NCBI GenBank assembly: GCA_007695305.1
Contig: REEA01000064.1
Span: 6-64,005 of the forward strand
DNA: 64,000 nucleotides
Direction: 5' to 3'
DNA from: Bacteroidia bacterium
GTDB taxonomy: Bacteria > Bacteroidota > Bacteroidia > Bacteroidales > UBA7960
Shown: positions 17,535-26,490 of the stretch, in pieces
Layout: every line of letters starts with the position of its first letter
Numbering within the stretch: position 1 is the stretch's first letter
Made by a program: the position numbers and the translations under genes
Notes under the pieces: generated by a model
Told to the model about the DNA's origin: nothing
Databases searched by the model: none
The model's input: the letters and a program-made list of their open reading frames with translations, nothing else

Positions 17535-19577
17535 ATGCAAACACCCAAAACCCAAATCAAGCAATCTATTTTTATTTTCTTATCAATATTTTTCTTTTTA
17601 ACAGCCTGCAATATGGAACGACCACCCCACGAAAAATGGAAAGATTATACTGTGTATGAAGGCAGTGACCTGGGTGTACACTACAATACTGAACAAACAT
17701 TTGCGCGTATCTGGGCGCCACCGGCAGAGAGAGTTCTTTTTCATGTATATGAAAAAGGTCATGGTGGTGAAGTGATGAAAAGCCTGGAAATGGAAAAAGA
17801 CATAGACGGTACCTGGATTCTCAATTTGCCCGGTGACTGGAAAAACCATTATTATACTTTTCAGGCCCGGATCGACGGACAGTGGAATAAGGAAGTTCCT
17901 GACCCCCAAGCAAGGGCAGTGGGTGTAAACGGCAACAGGGGCATGATTGTTGACCTGGCCGCGACAAATCCGGAAGGATGGGAAAACGATATCCGTCCAC
18001 CCCTGGAAAGCCATGCCGATATCATTATCTGGGAAATCCATGTGCGCGATTTTTCCATACATCCCAGCTCCGGCTCTTCTTACCCGGGCAAATACCTCGC
18101 GTTTACGGAAACCGGAACACGCAGTCCCGAAGGATTTGCCACAGGAATTGACCACCTGAAAGAACTGGGCATCACACATGTCCATTTGTTACCCGTTTAT
18201 GATTTTTACACCATCGACGAAACCCGCCTGGATGAGCCCCAGTACAATTGGGGTTATGACCCGAAAAACTACAATGTACCGCAAGGTTCCTATGCGACAG
18301 ATCCCTATGATGGGAATGTACGGATCCGCGAATTCAAAAAGATGGTACAGGCACTGCATCAAAATGGCATTCGTGTGATCATGGATGTGGTGTATAACCA
18401 TATGTATGATGCGGCAGGATCTCCTTTTGAACAACTGGCACCGGGCTATTTCTTTCGCCTGAACCCGGATGGCACCTACTCCGACGGTGCGGCCTGCGGC
18501 AATGAAACCGCTTCTGAACGCGAGATGATGCGCCGATTCATGATCGAATCCCTGGTGTACTGGGCAGAAGAATATCGCATTGACGGGTTCCGTTTCGACC
18601 TGATGGGACTCCATGACATCGAAACCATGAACCTGATCAGAAAAGAACTGGACAAAGTAAACCCGGATATATTTTTATATGGAGAGGGCTGGACGGCCGC
18701 AGACACTCCCCTGCCCTATGAAAAACGCGCATTGAAAGCACATGCCAAACAACTGGACCGGATCGCCGTGTTCAGCGACGATGTCAGGGATGGCATCCGT
18801 GGCCATTGGATGCACAACGATGATCCGGGATTCATGGTGGGTGCCCCAAGCATGAAAGAAAGCATCAGATTCGGTGTAGTTGCATCCACGCAACACCCCC
18901 AGATCGATTATGCACGGGTGAACTATTCCGATGCCCCATACGCTGACAACCCCCTGAAAACCATTACTTACGTCACATGTCACGACAACCCCTGCCTGTG
19001 GGACAAAATCGTTTATACCTGCCCCGACTGCAGCAAAGAGGAAAAACTGGCCATCCAGAAACTGGCCAACGCCATTGTACTTACATCCCAGGGTGTGGCA
19101 TTTTTACACGCAGGTGAGGAAATCGTGCGCACAAAATTTGGTGAACACAATACCTATAACCTCCCCGACTCCATCAACCAACTGGTTTGGAACAATAAAG
19201 CCGAATATTATGATGTGTTTGCCTTCTACCGCGACCTGATCCGCCTGCGCAGAAATCACCCGGCCTTCAGAATGGAAACCACCGAAATGGTGCAGGAACA
19301 TCTCTATTTTCTGCACCACGACAATGACCTTGTTTTAGGATTCCGCCTCGGTGAACACGCCAATGGTGACAGCTGGAAAAATATCCTGGTATTTTACAAT
19401 GCCAATCCCCACAGGATAAAAACCGGCCTGCCCGAAGGCAAATGGCGCGCAGTGGCAACCAAATACGGGATCAATGAAAAGGGTGTGGATACCCCGGGGT
19501 TCAACCATATCTTCGAAAAAGAGGCTGAACTGCCTGCCCGTTCATTGTTTATCCTGGTCGACCAGGAAAGTATCTGA
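17535..19577 (+). CDS. pulA: type I pullulanase (GH13), lipoprotein
   Basis: 'YNWGYDP', 'DVVYNH', 'GFRFDLMG', 'YGEGW', 'YVTCHDN'; 'LTAC' lipobox. Confidence 0.92.
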   Translation: MQTPKTQIKQSIFIFLSIFFFLTACNMERPPHEKWKDYTVYEGSDLGVHYNTEQTFARIWAPPAERVLFHVYEKGHGGEVMKSLEMEKDIDGTWILNLPGDWKNHYYTFQARIDGQWNKEVPDPQARAVGVNGNRGMIVDLAATNPEGWENDIRPPLESHADIIIWEIHVRDFSIHPSSGSSYPGKYLAFTETGTRSPEGFATGIDHLKELGITHVHLLPVYDFYTIDETRLDEPQYNWGYDPKNYNVPQGSYATDPYDGNVRIREFKKMVQALHQNGIRVIMDVVYNHMYDAAGSPFEQLAPGYFFRLNPDGTYSDGAACGNETASEREMMRRFMIESLVYWAEEYRIDGFRFDLMGLHDIETMNLIRKELDKVNPDIFLYGEGWTAADTPLPYEKRALKAHAKQLDRIAVFSDDVRDGIRGHWMHNDDPGFMVGAPSMKESIRFGVVASTQHPQIDYARVNYSDAPYADNPLKTITYVTCHDNPCLWDKIVYTCPDCSKEEKLAIQKLANAIVLTSQGVAFLHAGEEIVRTKFGEHNTYNLPDSINQLVWNNKAEYYDVFAFYRDLIRLRRNHPAFRMETTEMVQEHLYFLHHDNDLVLGFRLGEHANGDSWKNILVFYNANPHRIKTGLPEGKWRAVATKYGINEKGVDTPGFNHIFEKEAELPARSLFILVDQESI

Positions 19578-19654
19578 CCGTTTTTAAAACACAAAATAAC
19601 TGTTTCTCCGGCGTGAGGTTCATTATAAACAAATCACTTTCACCGGAAAAGCCA

Positions 19655-19696
19655 ATAAAAAACAGAGGGATACCGCTGCGGTATCCCTCTGTTTCT
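19655..19696 (-). terminator. Rho-independent terminator between convergent pulA and hsp20 (probably bidirectional)
   Basis: Near-perfect palindrome AAACAGAGGGATACCGC-T-GCGGTATCCCTCTGTTT with an A-run on the left. Confidence 0.85.
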
Positions 19697-19714
19697 TGTG
19701 CCCAACAAAATCAA

Positions 19715-20152
19715 TTATGAAATGTCAATCTTTTTCGGTGGCTTACGCTTTGCCTCTTCACGCTTGGGAATGGTGATCAGCAAAATGCCATCCTTATGCT
19801 TTGCCTTGATCTTTTCGGCATCCACCGCTTCAGGCAGCGTAAACGAACGACTGAATGAAGTATAGCTGAATTCTCTGCGCATGTAACGCCCTTCTTCCTT
19901 TTCCTCATCCTTAAACTCTTTCTCGGAAGAAATAGTAAGCACATTGCTGTCAAGATCAACCTTGAAATCATTTTTGTCCAAACCGGGAGCAGCAACCTCA
20001 ATCTGAAATTCATCATCTGACTCTCTCACATTAACAGCAGGTGTGCTGATTCCAGGCCTGTCACTGAATACACTGTCCATCCAGTCCTTGCCGAAAAATT
20101 CATCAATAAAGCTGGGCACATTGCCACGTGTTCTCCTTAACATCGGTAACAT
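19715..20152 (-). CDS. Hsp20/alpha-crystallin small heat-shock protein
   Basis: 'PAVNVRE', 'AAPG', 'RREFSYTSFSRSFTLP', 'GIL.I.IPK', C-terminal IDI motif. Confidence 0.95.
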   Translation of the reverse strand: MLPMLRRTRGNVPSFIDEFFGKDWMDSVFSDRPGISTPAVNVRESDDEFQIEVAAPGLDKNDFKVDLDSNVLTISSEKEFKDEEKEEGRYMRREFSYTSFSRSFTLPEAVDAEKIKAKHKDGILLITIPKREEAKRKPPKKIDIS

Positions 20153-20209
20153 ATCGCAACCCTCCTTTCTTGATTAATAAATTGTTTTTTTTGTTCGCAC
20201 AATTTTCTA

Positions 20210-20225
20210 TCCAATCATTGTGCCA
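20210..20225 (-). promoter_or_regulatory. candidate sigma-54 (-24/-12) promoter for hsp20
   Basis: Minus strand TGGCAC-N5-TTGGA versus consensus TGGCAC-N5-TTGCW (one mismatch at -12). Confidence 0.45.
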
Positions 20226-20329
20226 ATACATATCACTGAAATATTTACCATGCATATCGCGCCATAATGACATGAAACGCCTATGACAGGATTTTTAACA
20301 CAGGATTATGATTATGGGCGATGAGGGAA

Positions 20330-20440
20330 CGAAGATGCGAAGATGCGAGGATGCGAAGATGCGCCAGCAAAAGATCGAACAAGCTCATAGCCAATAATAA
20401 ACCCGGACATTTCGACATTTCGACATTTCGACTTTTCGAC
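20330..20440. repeat. octamer tandem-repeat cassette
   Basis: (CGAAGATG)x4 at 20330-20361 and (GACATTTC)x4 at 20406-20437, each with one variant copy. Confidence 0.9.
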
Positions 20441-20581
20441 AAATTATAAACCCATGGAAAAGCAGGCAAATTTTGACAACAATGCGCCAAATTGGCAGTT
20501 TTTATTATTTGACACGTTTAAGGTCAGGCGGTATTACCTTTCGGAGAAAAGTTGTTTTTCGGTATACTGTGGAATTTTTCA

Positions 20582-21676
20582 TCAGTTTTTCTTCAGCACA
20601 AACAGTTCAACATGCTCATTTTGCCTGATATCGGCAATCCATGACTTATACTTTCCGGGTTGTTCAGAAACAGGTTTTTTATCATGTATGAGCAAATGTA
20701 CATCTTTGGAGAATTGTTGCAGGGCTTCCTCAATGGGATGGCGGCTTGTTATGCCCGCTACCCGGGCAAAGTCGGAAAAAAGGATGGCAATGGTTGTACC
20801 TTTGATGCAACGGGTCCTGATCTCGTTAAAAAACCGTTCAAAGAATCCATCAGGATAATAGGAAGCGCTGTCCAAGGCTGTTTCAGCCTTTCCGGGTATC
20901 CATGGTGGATTGAAAACCACCAGGTCGCCGGGCCCGGGAACGAAGCTCCCAAACAGGTCAGCCTGTTCAGGAAAGATGATATCGCCATGCATTATACCAT
21001 GCCGGTGAAGCTCCTCCATTAACCCGAAAATCGCGTTGGGATTTGTATCGGTGGCATGAATAAAACTGACACCTTGCTTTCTCATGATGAAAGACAGAAT
21101 CCCACAACCCGTTCCGATATCTAAAGCCCGCCGGAAATCTTTTTCAGATGAAATCCATCGGTCAAAAAGGCAAAGATGATCAAAACGAGTGGGAAAATAT
21201 ACCCCATAAAAGGGGAACAACCGATGATTAACAACAGGATACTGAATCCCCCTTTCATACCATTGGCGGGCCCCGTTCATACCCAGGAAATCGGCAAACC
21301 CCATAAAAAAATCATCATATCCGGAAAAAAATTCAGACAGCCAGGGATTTTGCGGTGCTTTATGAATGTTTGGCCGCCCTTTTGAAATCTTTATCCAAAC
21401 GCGCGATTGGTATTCATGCAATATTTGCTTGTGCTGCCTCCATGCAGCATAATCAACAATGGGAATTAATTTCAGACTTTCTTTTTTCAGCCAGGAATGA
21501 ACACTCAAAGCAAACCCATAGGTTCCGGTAAGGTAACAATTATAACCGCTGTCTAATATTTTTTTGATTTGCCTGAATGGTGTGCCCGGTTTTACCTCTC
21601 TCATACCATCAGCCGCGGTCCTGATAGCAGGTCTGATCAAATCACCGGGAATTTTGGCAGAAAAGGTGTGCATCAC
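20582..21676 (-). CDS. class I SAM-dependent methyltransferase
   Basis: 'ALDIGTGCG' SAM motif and 'FNPPW' (N-methyltransferase-type motif IV). Confidence 0.8.
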   Translation of the reverse strand: MMHTFSAKIPGDLIRPAIRTAADGMREVKPGTPFRQIKKILDSGYNCYLTGTYGFALSVHSWLKKESLKLIPIVDYAAWRQHKQILHEYQSRVWIKISKGRPNIHKAPQNPWLSEFFSGYDDFFMGFADFLGMNGARQWYERGIQYPVVNHRLFPFYGVYFPTRFDHLCLFDRWISSEKDFRRALDIGTGCGILSFIMRKQGVSFIHATDTNPNAIFGLMEELHRHGIMHGDIIFPEQADLFGSFVPGPGDLVVFNPPWIPGKAETALDSASYYPDGFFERFFNEIRTRCIKGTTIAILFSDFARVAGITSRHPIEEALQQFSKDVHLLIHDKKPVSEQPGKYKSWIADIRQNEHVELFVLKKN

Positions 21677-21681
21677 AAGCG

Positions 21682-22389
21682 CTATACTAGTTTTATCCAG
21701 CTCACTTCCCTGTCGAAAAGGAAACCCAGCTTCTTAACCAGGTTAATGGATTGGTGGTTATGGGGTTCAATATTCACAAAAACGGGTTTCTTTCTCATTT
21801 GCTTTTCAACAATCAGACAGCGGAGGATGCTTTCGCCCAGCCCTTTTCCACGGTATTGCGGAATTACATGCAGAAATCCCAGTGATGCATCATCGTGGGT
21901 TAATCCCCACCCCACCAGCTCACCGTTTACCCAAACACCGGCCGAAACATCCTTGGCCAATCGATCCCTGATATACCCTTCTGATGTAAAGTCCCTGTAG
22001 GTAGAGTGTGAATAAACATATGCAGCCATGCTGGTTTCAAGAGGCTTAAACAGGTAATCAGGCGGTTCCAAAACCTTATCATCAGGCAAATAATACCGGT
22101 GTGTGCTTAATTTCCACTCAATTTTTTTATTGTGGGTAAGTACCGGCAGCATCCACTCTTCCACATTGGCAAAATACAATGTCTCAAAATCAAATTTTTC
22201 CAATACTGCCAGCAGATCTTCGGGATTTTCCCCGAGAAGATAGGCCCATAAATAATCACTGGTTCCGCAAATCAGCACGAAATCACCATGTTGCAACCAC
22301 TTTTTTACCGTGTAGTTGTCAAAAAAACCCTTCACCGGCAAGCTTTGCAGTGGTTTGTCATCCAGGATGCCCTTTAGTTTGTGATCCAT
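21682..22389 (-). CDS. GNAT family N-acetyltransferase (FR47-like)
   Basis: 'LHVIPQYRGKGLG' and 'N..SINL..KLGF'; start chosen at ATG 22389. Confidence 0.8.
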   Translation of the reverse strand: MDHKLKGILDDKPLQSLPVKGFFDNYTVKKWLQHGDFVLICGTSDYLWAYLLGENPEDLLAVLEKFDFETLYFANVEEWMLPVLTHNKKIEWKLSTHRYYLPDDKVLEPPDYLFKPLETSMAAYVYSHSTYRDFTSEGYIRDRLAKDVSAGVWVNGELVGWGLTHDDASLGFLHVIPQYRGKGLGESILRCLIVEKQMRKKPVFVNIEPHNHQSINLVKKLGFLFDREVSWIKLV

Positions 22390-22455
22390 GTCCCGATGAT
22401 TGAAATGCAAATATCCATAATGAACGGTTAAAGATAATAACAATCTCAATACAAA

Positions 22456-23643
22456 TCAACTGAAAATCTCTTTCACCGATTGCCCGATGATCTCGCAGGC
22501 TTTTCTGGTCTGTTCTGTGGTGATGATCAAGGGAGGTGCCAAACGCATACAGTTATCAGCAAAGAGGAACCAATCGGTAAGTAGTCCATTGTCAATGCAA
22601 CGGTCGATCACCATTTTGCAACGAACGGCATCCTCAAATTGAAGGGCCAGCAAGAGTCCTTTCCCCTTTATGGAGAGTATATGTTTACTATTTAGCCATT
22701 TGCGGATGTTTTTTTCCTGAACGGCTGCATTTTTCCATAAGCTATGCTGCAGGATGGTTTTCAGTGTTGCATGCGCTGCAGCCGCACAAACGGCATTTCC
22801 ACCAAAAGTGCTGATGTGGCCCAAAACGGGTCGGTATGTCAATGATTGCATCACTTCTTTGGATGCCACAAAAGCCCCGATGGGCATGCCACCTCCAAAA
22901 CCTTTAGCCAGGACCAGCACATCGGGAACAATGTCGAAATGTTCAAATGCCCAGAGTTTTCCGGTTCTGCCCATGCCTGCCTGAATTTCATCCAGAACCA
23001 GCAATGCACCCGTTTCATTGCAACGCCTGCGCAGGGCTAACATAAAACCGGCATCGGGAACCACGGCTCCGGCTTCCCCCTGGATGGTCTCTGCCACCAC
23101 GCAGGCCGTACGCTCTGTGATGGCAGCCAAATCATGCTCACTATTAAAGGGTAGATGACGGATATCCGGTAATAAGGGCCGAAATGCCTGCTTGAGCGTT
23201 TCATTCCCTGTAACGCTCAAAGAACCGTGAGAGCTGCCGTGATAAGCATTGACAAAGCCAACGATCTCCGTTCTGCCGGTGAATCGTTTGGCCAGTTTTA
23301 CAGCACCTTCAATGGCTTCGCTGCCGGAGTTCACAAAATAAACATTATCCAGACTCTCGGGGAGGGAGCCGACCAGCAACTCGGCGAGCATTACTTGCGG
23401 CGACTGAATGAATTCACCGTAAACCATCAGATGCATATACTTGTCGACCTGGTTTTTTACAGCTTCTGTTACGGCAGGATGCCGGTGTCCCAGTGCACTC
23501 ACCGAAATGCCGCTGATCATGTCCATATAGGATTTTCCTCCGGGTCCAAACATGTACAGGCCCTCTGCCCGCTCAATCTCCAGCGACAATGGAAAGGGGG
23601 ATGTTTGCGCCACGTAACGGTAAAAAAGATCGCGATGATTCAT
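22456..23643 (-). CDS. class III PLP-dependent aminotransferase (acetylornithine aminotransferase-like)
   Basis: 'NSGSEA', 'YHG', 'LDEIQAGMGRTG', 'LAKGFGGG', 'STFGGN'. Confidence 0.9.
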   Translation of the reverse strand: MNHRDLFYRYVAQTSPFPLSLEIERAEGLYMFGPGGKSYMDMISGISVSALGHRHPAVTEAVKNQVDKYMHLMVYGEFIQSPQVMLAELLVGSLPESLDNVYFVNSGSEAIEGAVKLAKRFTGRTEIVGFVNAYHGSSHGSLSVTGNETLKQAFRPLLPDIRHLPFNSEHDLAAITERTACVVAETIQGEAGAVVPDAGFMLALRRRCNETGALLVLDEIQAGMGRTGKLWAFEHFDIVPDVLVLAKGFGGGMPIGAFVASKEVMQSLTYRPVLGHISTFGGNAVCAAAAHATLKTILQHSLWKNAAVQEKNIRKWLNSKHILSIKGKGLLLALQFEDAVRCKMVIDRCIDNGLLTDWFLFADNCMRLAPPLIITTEQTRKACEIIGQSVKEIFS

Positions 23644-23703
23644 GCCTTTGCTATTTCGGTTTGCTTTGCTGATGTTCATCAAAACCTTTGGCAATGATTA
23701 ACT

Positions 23704-23848
23704 AATTTCTGTCTATAATGTCAGGTTTCTGCGTTATTTTTGTTTTGAAAACAGTCATTTTCATTAGTAAACTCCTTGATTTTCAAAACTGCACAAGTCT
23801 TGAACCTGAAAGTTACAGATCAGACACTTGACTTTATTGACAGACTCT
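23704..23848 (-). mobile_element. MITE-like element, copy B
   Basis: Inverted copy of 14060-14203; exact 4-bp flanking direct repeat AACT (23700-03 and 23849-52). Confidence 0.75.
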
Positions 23849-23912
23849 AACTATACTTTTGCCGGCCCATGCCGGACATTAAAACGCTTCGCAGGCAACT
23901 CCGGCGGGTCTT

Positions 23913-25187
23913 TCAGTACCCGTATTTTTCTTTCCAAAGTGATTTCAGCCGAGCACGCATTTCTTTCTCCCTGGCATTTTCGCCCGGCTGATACAGTGTT
24001 GTGCCGGTAAGCGCATCCGGTAAAAACTCCTGGATCGCGAAATGGTTTTCATAACTGTGCGAATATTTGTAATCCTTACCATAGCCCGTTTCCTTCATGA
24101 GCCTGGTGGGTGCATTTCTGAGCGATAGCGGTACCGGCTGATCGCCGGTTTTTCTCACCAGGTCCTGTGCCTGGTTAATGGCCAGATAGGCCGTATTGCT
24201 TTTGGGTGATGCTGCCAGGTAAATGGCCGTTTGTGACAAAATGATGCGGCTTTCAGGCATACCTATCATATTCACAGCCTGAAAACAGGAGGCAGCCAGC
24301 AACAGGGCATTGGGATTGGCATTGCCGATATCTTCAGAGGCCAATATCACCAGGCGGCGGGCTATAAATTTGGGGTCTTCACCACCTTCAATCATTCTGG
24401 CAAGGTAATAAACTGCAGCATTGGGATCGCTGCCCCTTATTGATTTAATGAATGCAGAGATCACATCATAGTGCATCTCTCCGGCTTTGTCATAAAGAGC
24501 CAGATTTTGCTGGATCACTGAAAGGACAAGGTCGTTGGTGACAACAACCTTCTTGCCCGCGGTGGCATACACAGAAAGTTCCAGGGCATTGAGCAGTTTT
24601 CGTGCATCGCCACCGCTTATCCGGAACAGCGCCTCCGTTTCACTGATGACTACTTTTTTACCGGTATCTTTTCCCAATTCCTCCCGGCCTCTTTCAAGCA
24701 AGACCATCATCTGTTTCTCATCAAGTGGCTTCAGAATATACACCTGGCAACGCGACAACAAAGGTGAGATTACCTCGAAAGACGGGTTTTCGGTGGTGGC
24801 ACCAATCAATGTGATGATTCCTTTCTCGACCGCTCCAAGGAGGCTGTCCTGCTGTGACTTGCTGAAGCGGTGAATCTCATCGATAAACAATATGGCATTG
24901 CCACCCGACTCCCTGGCCTTCTGTATCACAGACCTTACATCTTTCACGCCGGAGCTTACCGCACTGAGGGTATAAAAAGGCTTCACCAGTGTATGGGATA
25001 TCAGCGACGCCAGCGTTGTTTTTCCCACACCAGGCGGCCCCCAAAGGATCATAGAGGGCACCTGGCCTCCTTCGATGGATTTGCGCAGAATAGCACCCTC
25101 CCCCACCAGGTGGTCCTGCCCCAGGTAACCATCCAGATTATAGGGTCGGAGCTTCTCAGCCAATGGTATGGAAGCTTGTTGCATCAT
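23913..25187 (-). CDS. rarA: replication-associated recombination protein A (AAA+ ATPase)
   Basis: 'PLAEKLRP', 'WGPPGVGKTT', 'FIDEIHRF', 'ATTENPSF', 'SAFIKSIRGSDP'. Confidence 0.95.
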   Translation of the reverse strand: MMQQASIPLAEKLRPYNLDGYLGQDHLVGEGAILRKSIEGGQVPSMILWGPPGVGKTTLASLISHTLVKPFYTLSAVSSGVKDVRSVIQKARESGGNAILFIDEIHRFSKSQQDSLLGAVEKGIITLIGATTENPSFEVISPLLSRCQVYILKPLDEKQMMVLLERGREELGKDTGKKVVISETEALFRISGGDARKLLNALELSVYATAGKKVVVTNDLVLSVIQQNLALYDKAGEMHYDVISAFIKSIRGSDPNAAVYYLARMIEGGEDPKFIARRLVILASEDIGNANPNALLLAASCFQAVNMIGMPESRIILSQTAIYLAASPKSNTAYLAINQAQDLVRKTGDQPVPLSLRNAPTRLMKETGYGKDYKYSHSYENHFAIQEFLPDALTGTTLYQPGENAREKEMRARLKSLWKEKYGY

Positions 25188-25226
25188 CGTTTGCCTGCGT
25201 TGATGTTTATATTGTGCAGATACAGA

Positions 25227-26471
25227 TCATTCATCAGACCTGAACCTGTCAAGGTGTTCCAGGCGCTTCAACAAAGGGGGGTGCGAATAATGCACATATA
25301 CATAAGCCGGGTGAGGCCTCAGATTGCTGAGGTGATTCACCGACAGCTTTTTCAAGGCATCCTGCAATGGTTTTGCAGCATATTTGACCGCTGCAAACGC
25401 ATCCGCCTCGTATTCATGACGGCGGCTCATCCGGTTTCCAAGTATCCCCAGAATAAGGGAAACAGGCGAATATAAAAGGCCAAAAGCCAGAATTCCCATG
25501 TGAAAACTTGCTTCTTCGGCACCCAGAGCCTGTGACAGTTCCGGACGGTTGATAAACAAGCCCAGCAAAAATAACATGATGCCGGTATGCAATATGGACA
25601 ACACCATCCCTTTTGCCGTATGCTTCTTCTTGTAATGACCGATCTCATGGGCCAGCACAGCCACCAGCTCCTCCGTTGTATGTTCCTTTATGAGCGTGTC
25701 AAACAACACAATCCGCTTCTTTGGTCCGATACCGCTGAAATAGGCATTCGCCTTTGAACTTCGTTTGGAGCCGTCAATCACAAAAATGTTGTCCAGTTTG
25801 AAGCCTGACTCACGGGCAAACTTCTCTATTTCTTCGCGCAACGGGCCTTCCTCCAGTGGTTTTTGCTTGTTGAAGAGGGGCACAATAAGCGTGCTGTAGA
25901 ACATCATCATAAAGAGACTGAAAGCCGTAAAAACAATCCATGCATACAACCAGAAAAGATTGCCGGAGACATTATAAAACCATACAAAAACAGCCAGTAA
26001 GCCGCCCCCGAGGACCAGGGCCAGAAACCATCCTTTGAGTTTATCCAGAACATAGGTTCCGGGCGTTGTACGGTTAAAACCGAAGCGCTCTTCAATCACA
26101 AATGTACCGTAAATATCAAATGGCGTGGACAATATATCGGAAGCCAGGCCTATGATACCAAAAAACAGCAGTGCCATCCAAACCGGGTGCACGGTAAAAC
26201 TCCGCACCAAGCCGTCGATGTATCCAAAACCGCCAAAAACCAGCATCAATATGATAAAAACAAAGGACAGGCTACTGGTTAATATTCCGAATTTCATGTT
26301 TACCCGCGAATATTCCTGTGATTTGCGGTACTTTTCCTCTTCATAGATACCTTTTAGCTCAGGCGGCAGGGTTTTGCTCCAACGGCTCGCATTCAGATAG
26401 TCCATCACCCGGTCGAATACATAGTCCAGCAAGATGATGGCAATGATAATATACAATAGTGTTTGTTCCAT
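25227..26471 (-). CDS. M48 (Ste24-type) membrane zinc metallopeptidase
   Basis: 'DGSKRSSKANAYF', 'AHEIGH', 'EYEAD', 'YSHPP', multiple TMs. Confidence 0.92.
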   Translation of the reverse strand: MEQTLLYIIIAIILLDYVFDRVMDYLNASRWSKTLPPELKGIYEEEKYRKSQEYSRVNMKFGILTSSLSFVFIILMLVFGGFGYIDGLVRSFTVHPVWMALLFFGIIGLASDILSTPFDIYGTFVIEERFGFNRTTPGTYVLDKLKGWFLALVLGGGLLAVFVWFYNVSGNLFWLYAWIVFTAFSLFMMMFYSTLIVPLFNKQKPLEEGPLREEIEKFARESGFKLDNIFVIDGSKRSSKANAYFSGIGPKKRIVLFDTLIKEHTTEELVAVLAHEIGHYKKKHTAKGMVLSILHTGIMLFLLGLFINRPELSQALGAEEASFHMGILAFGLLYSPVSLILGILGNRMSRRHEYEADAFAAVKYAAKPLQDALKKLSVNHLSNLRPHPAYVYVHYSHPPLLKRLEHLDRFRSDE

Positions 26472-26490
26472 CTTATCAATTGGATATTGA

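Noticed and set aside
20153-20200. RNA thermometer in the hsp20 leader
   Set aside because: The leader is A-rich with no anti-SD, fourU or ROSE hairpin
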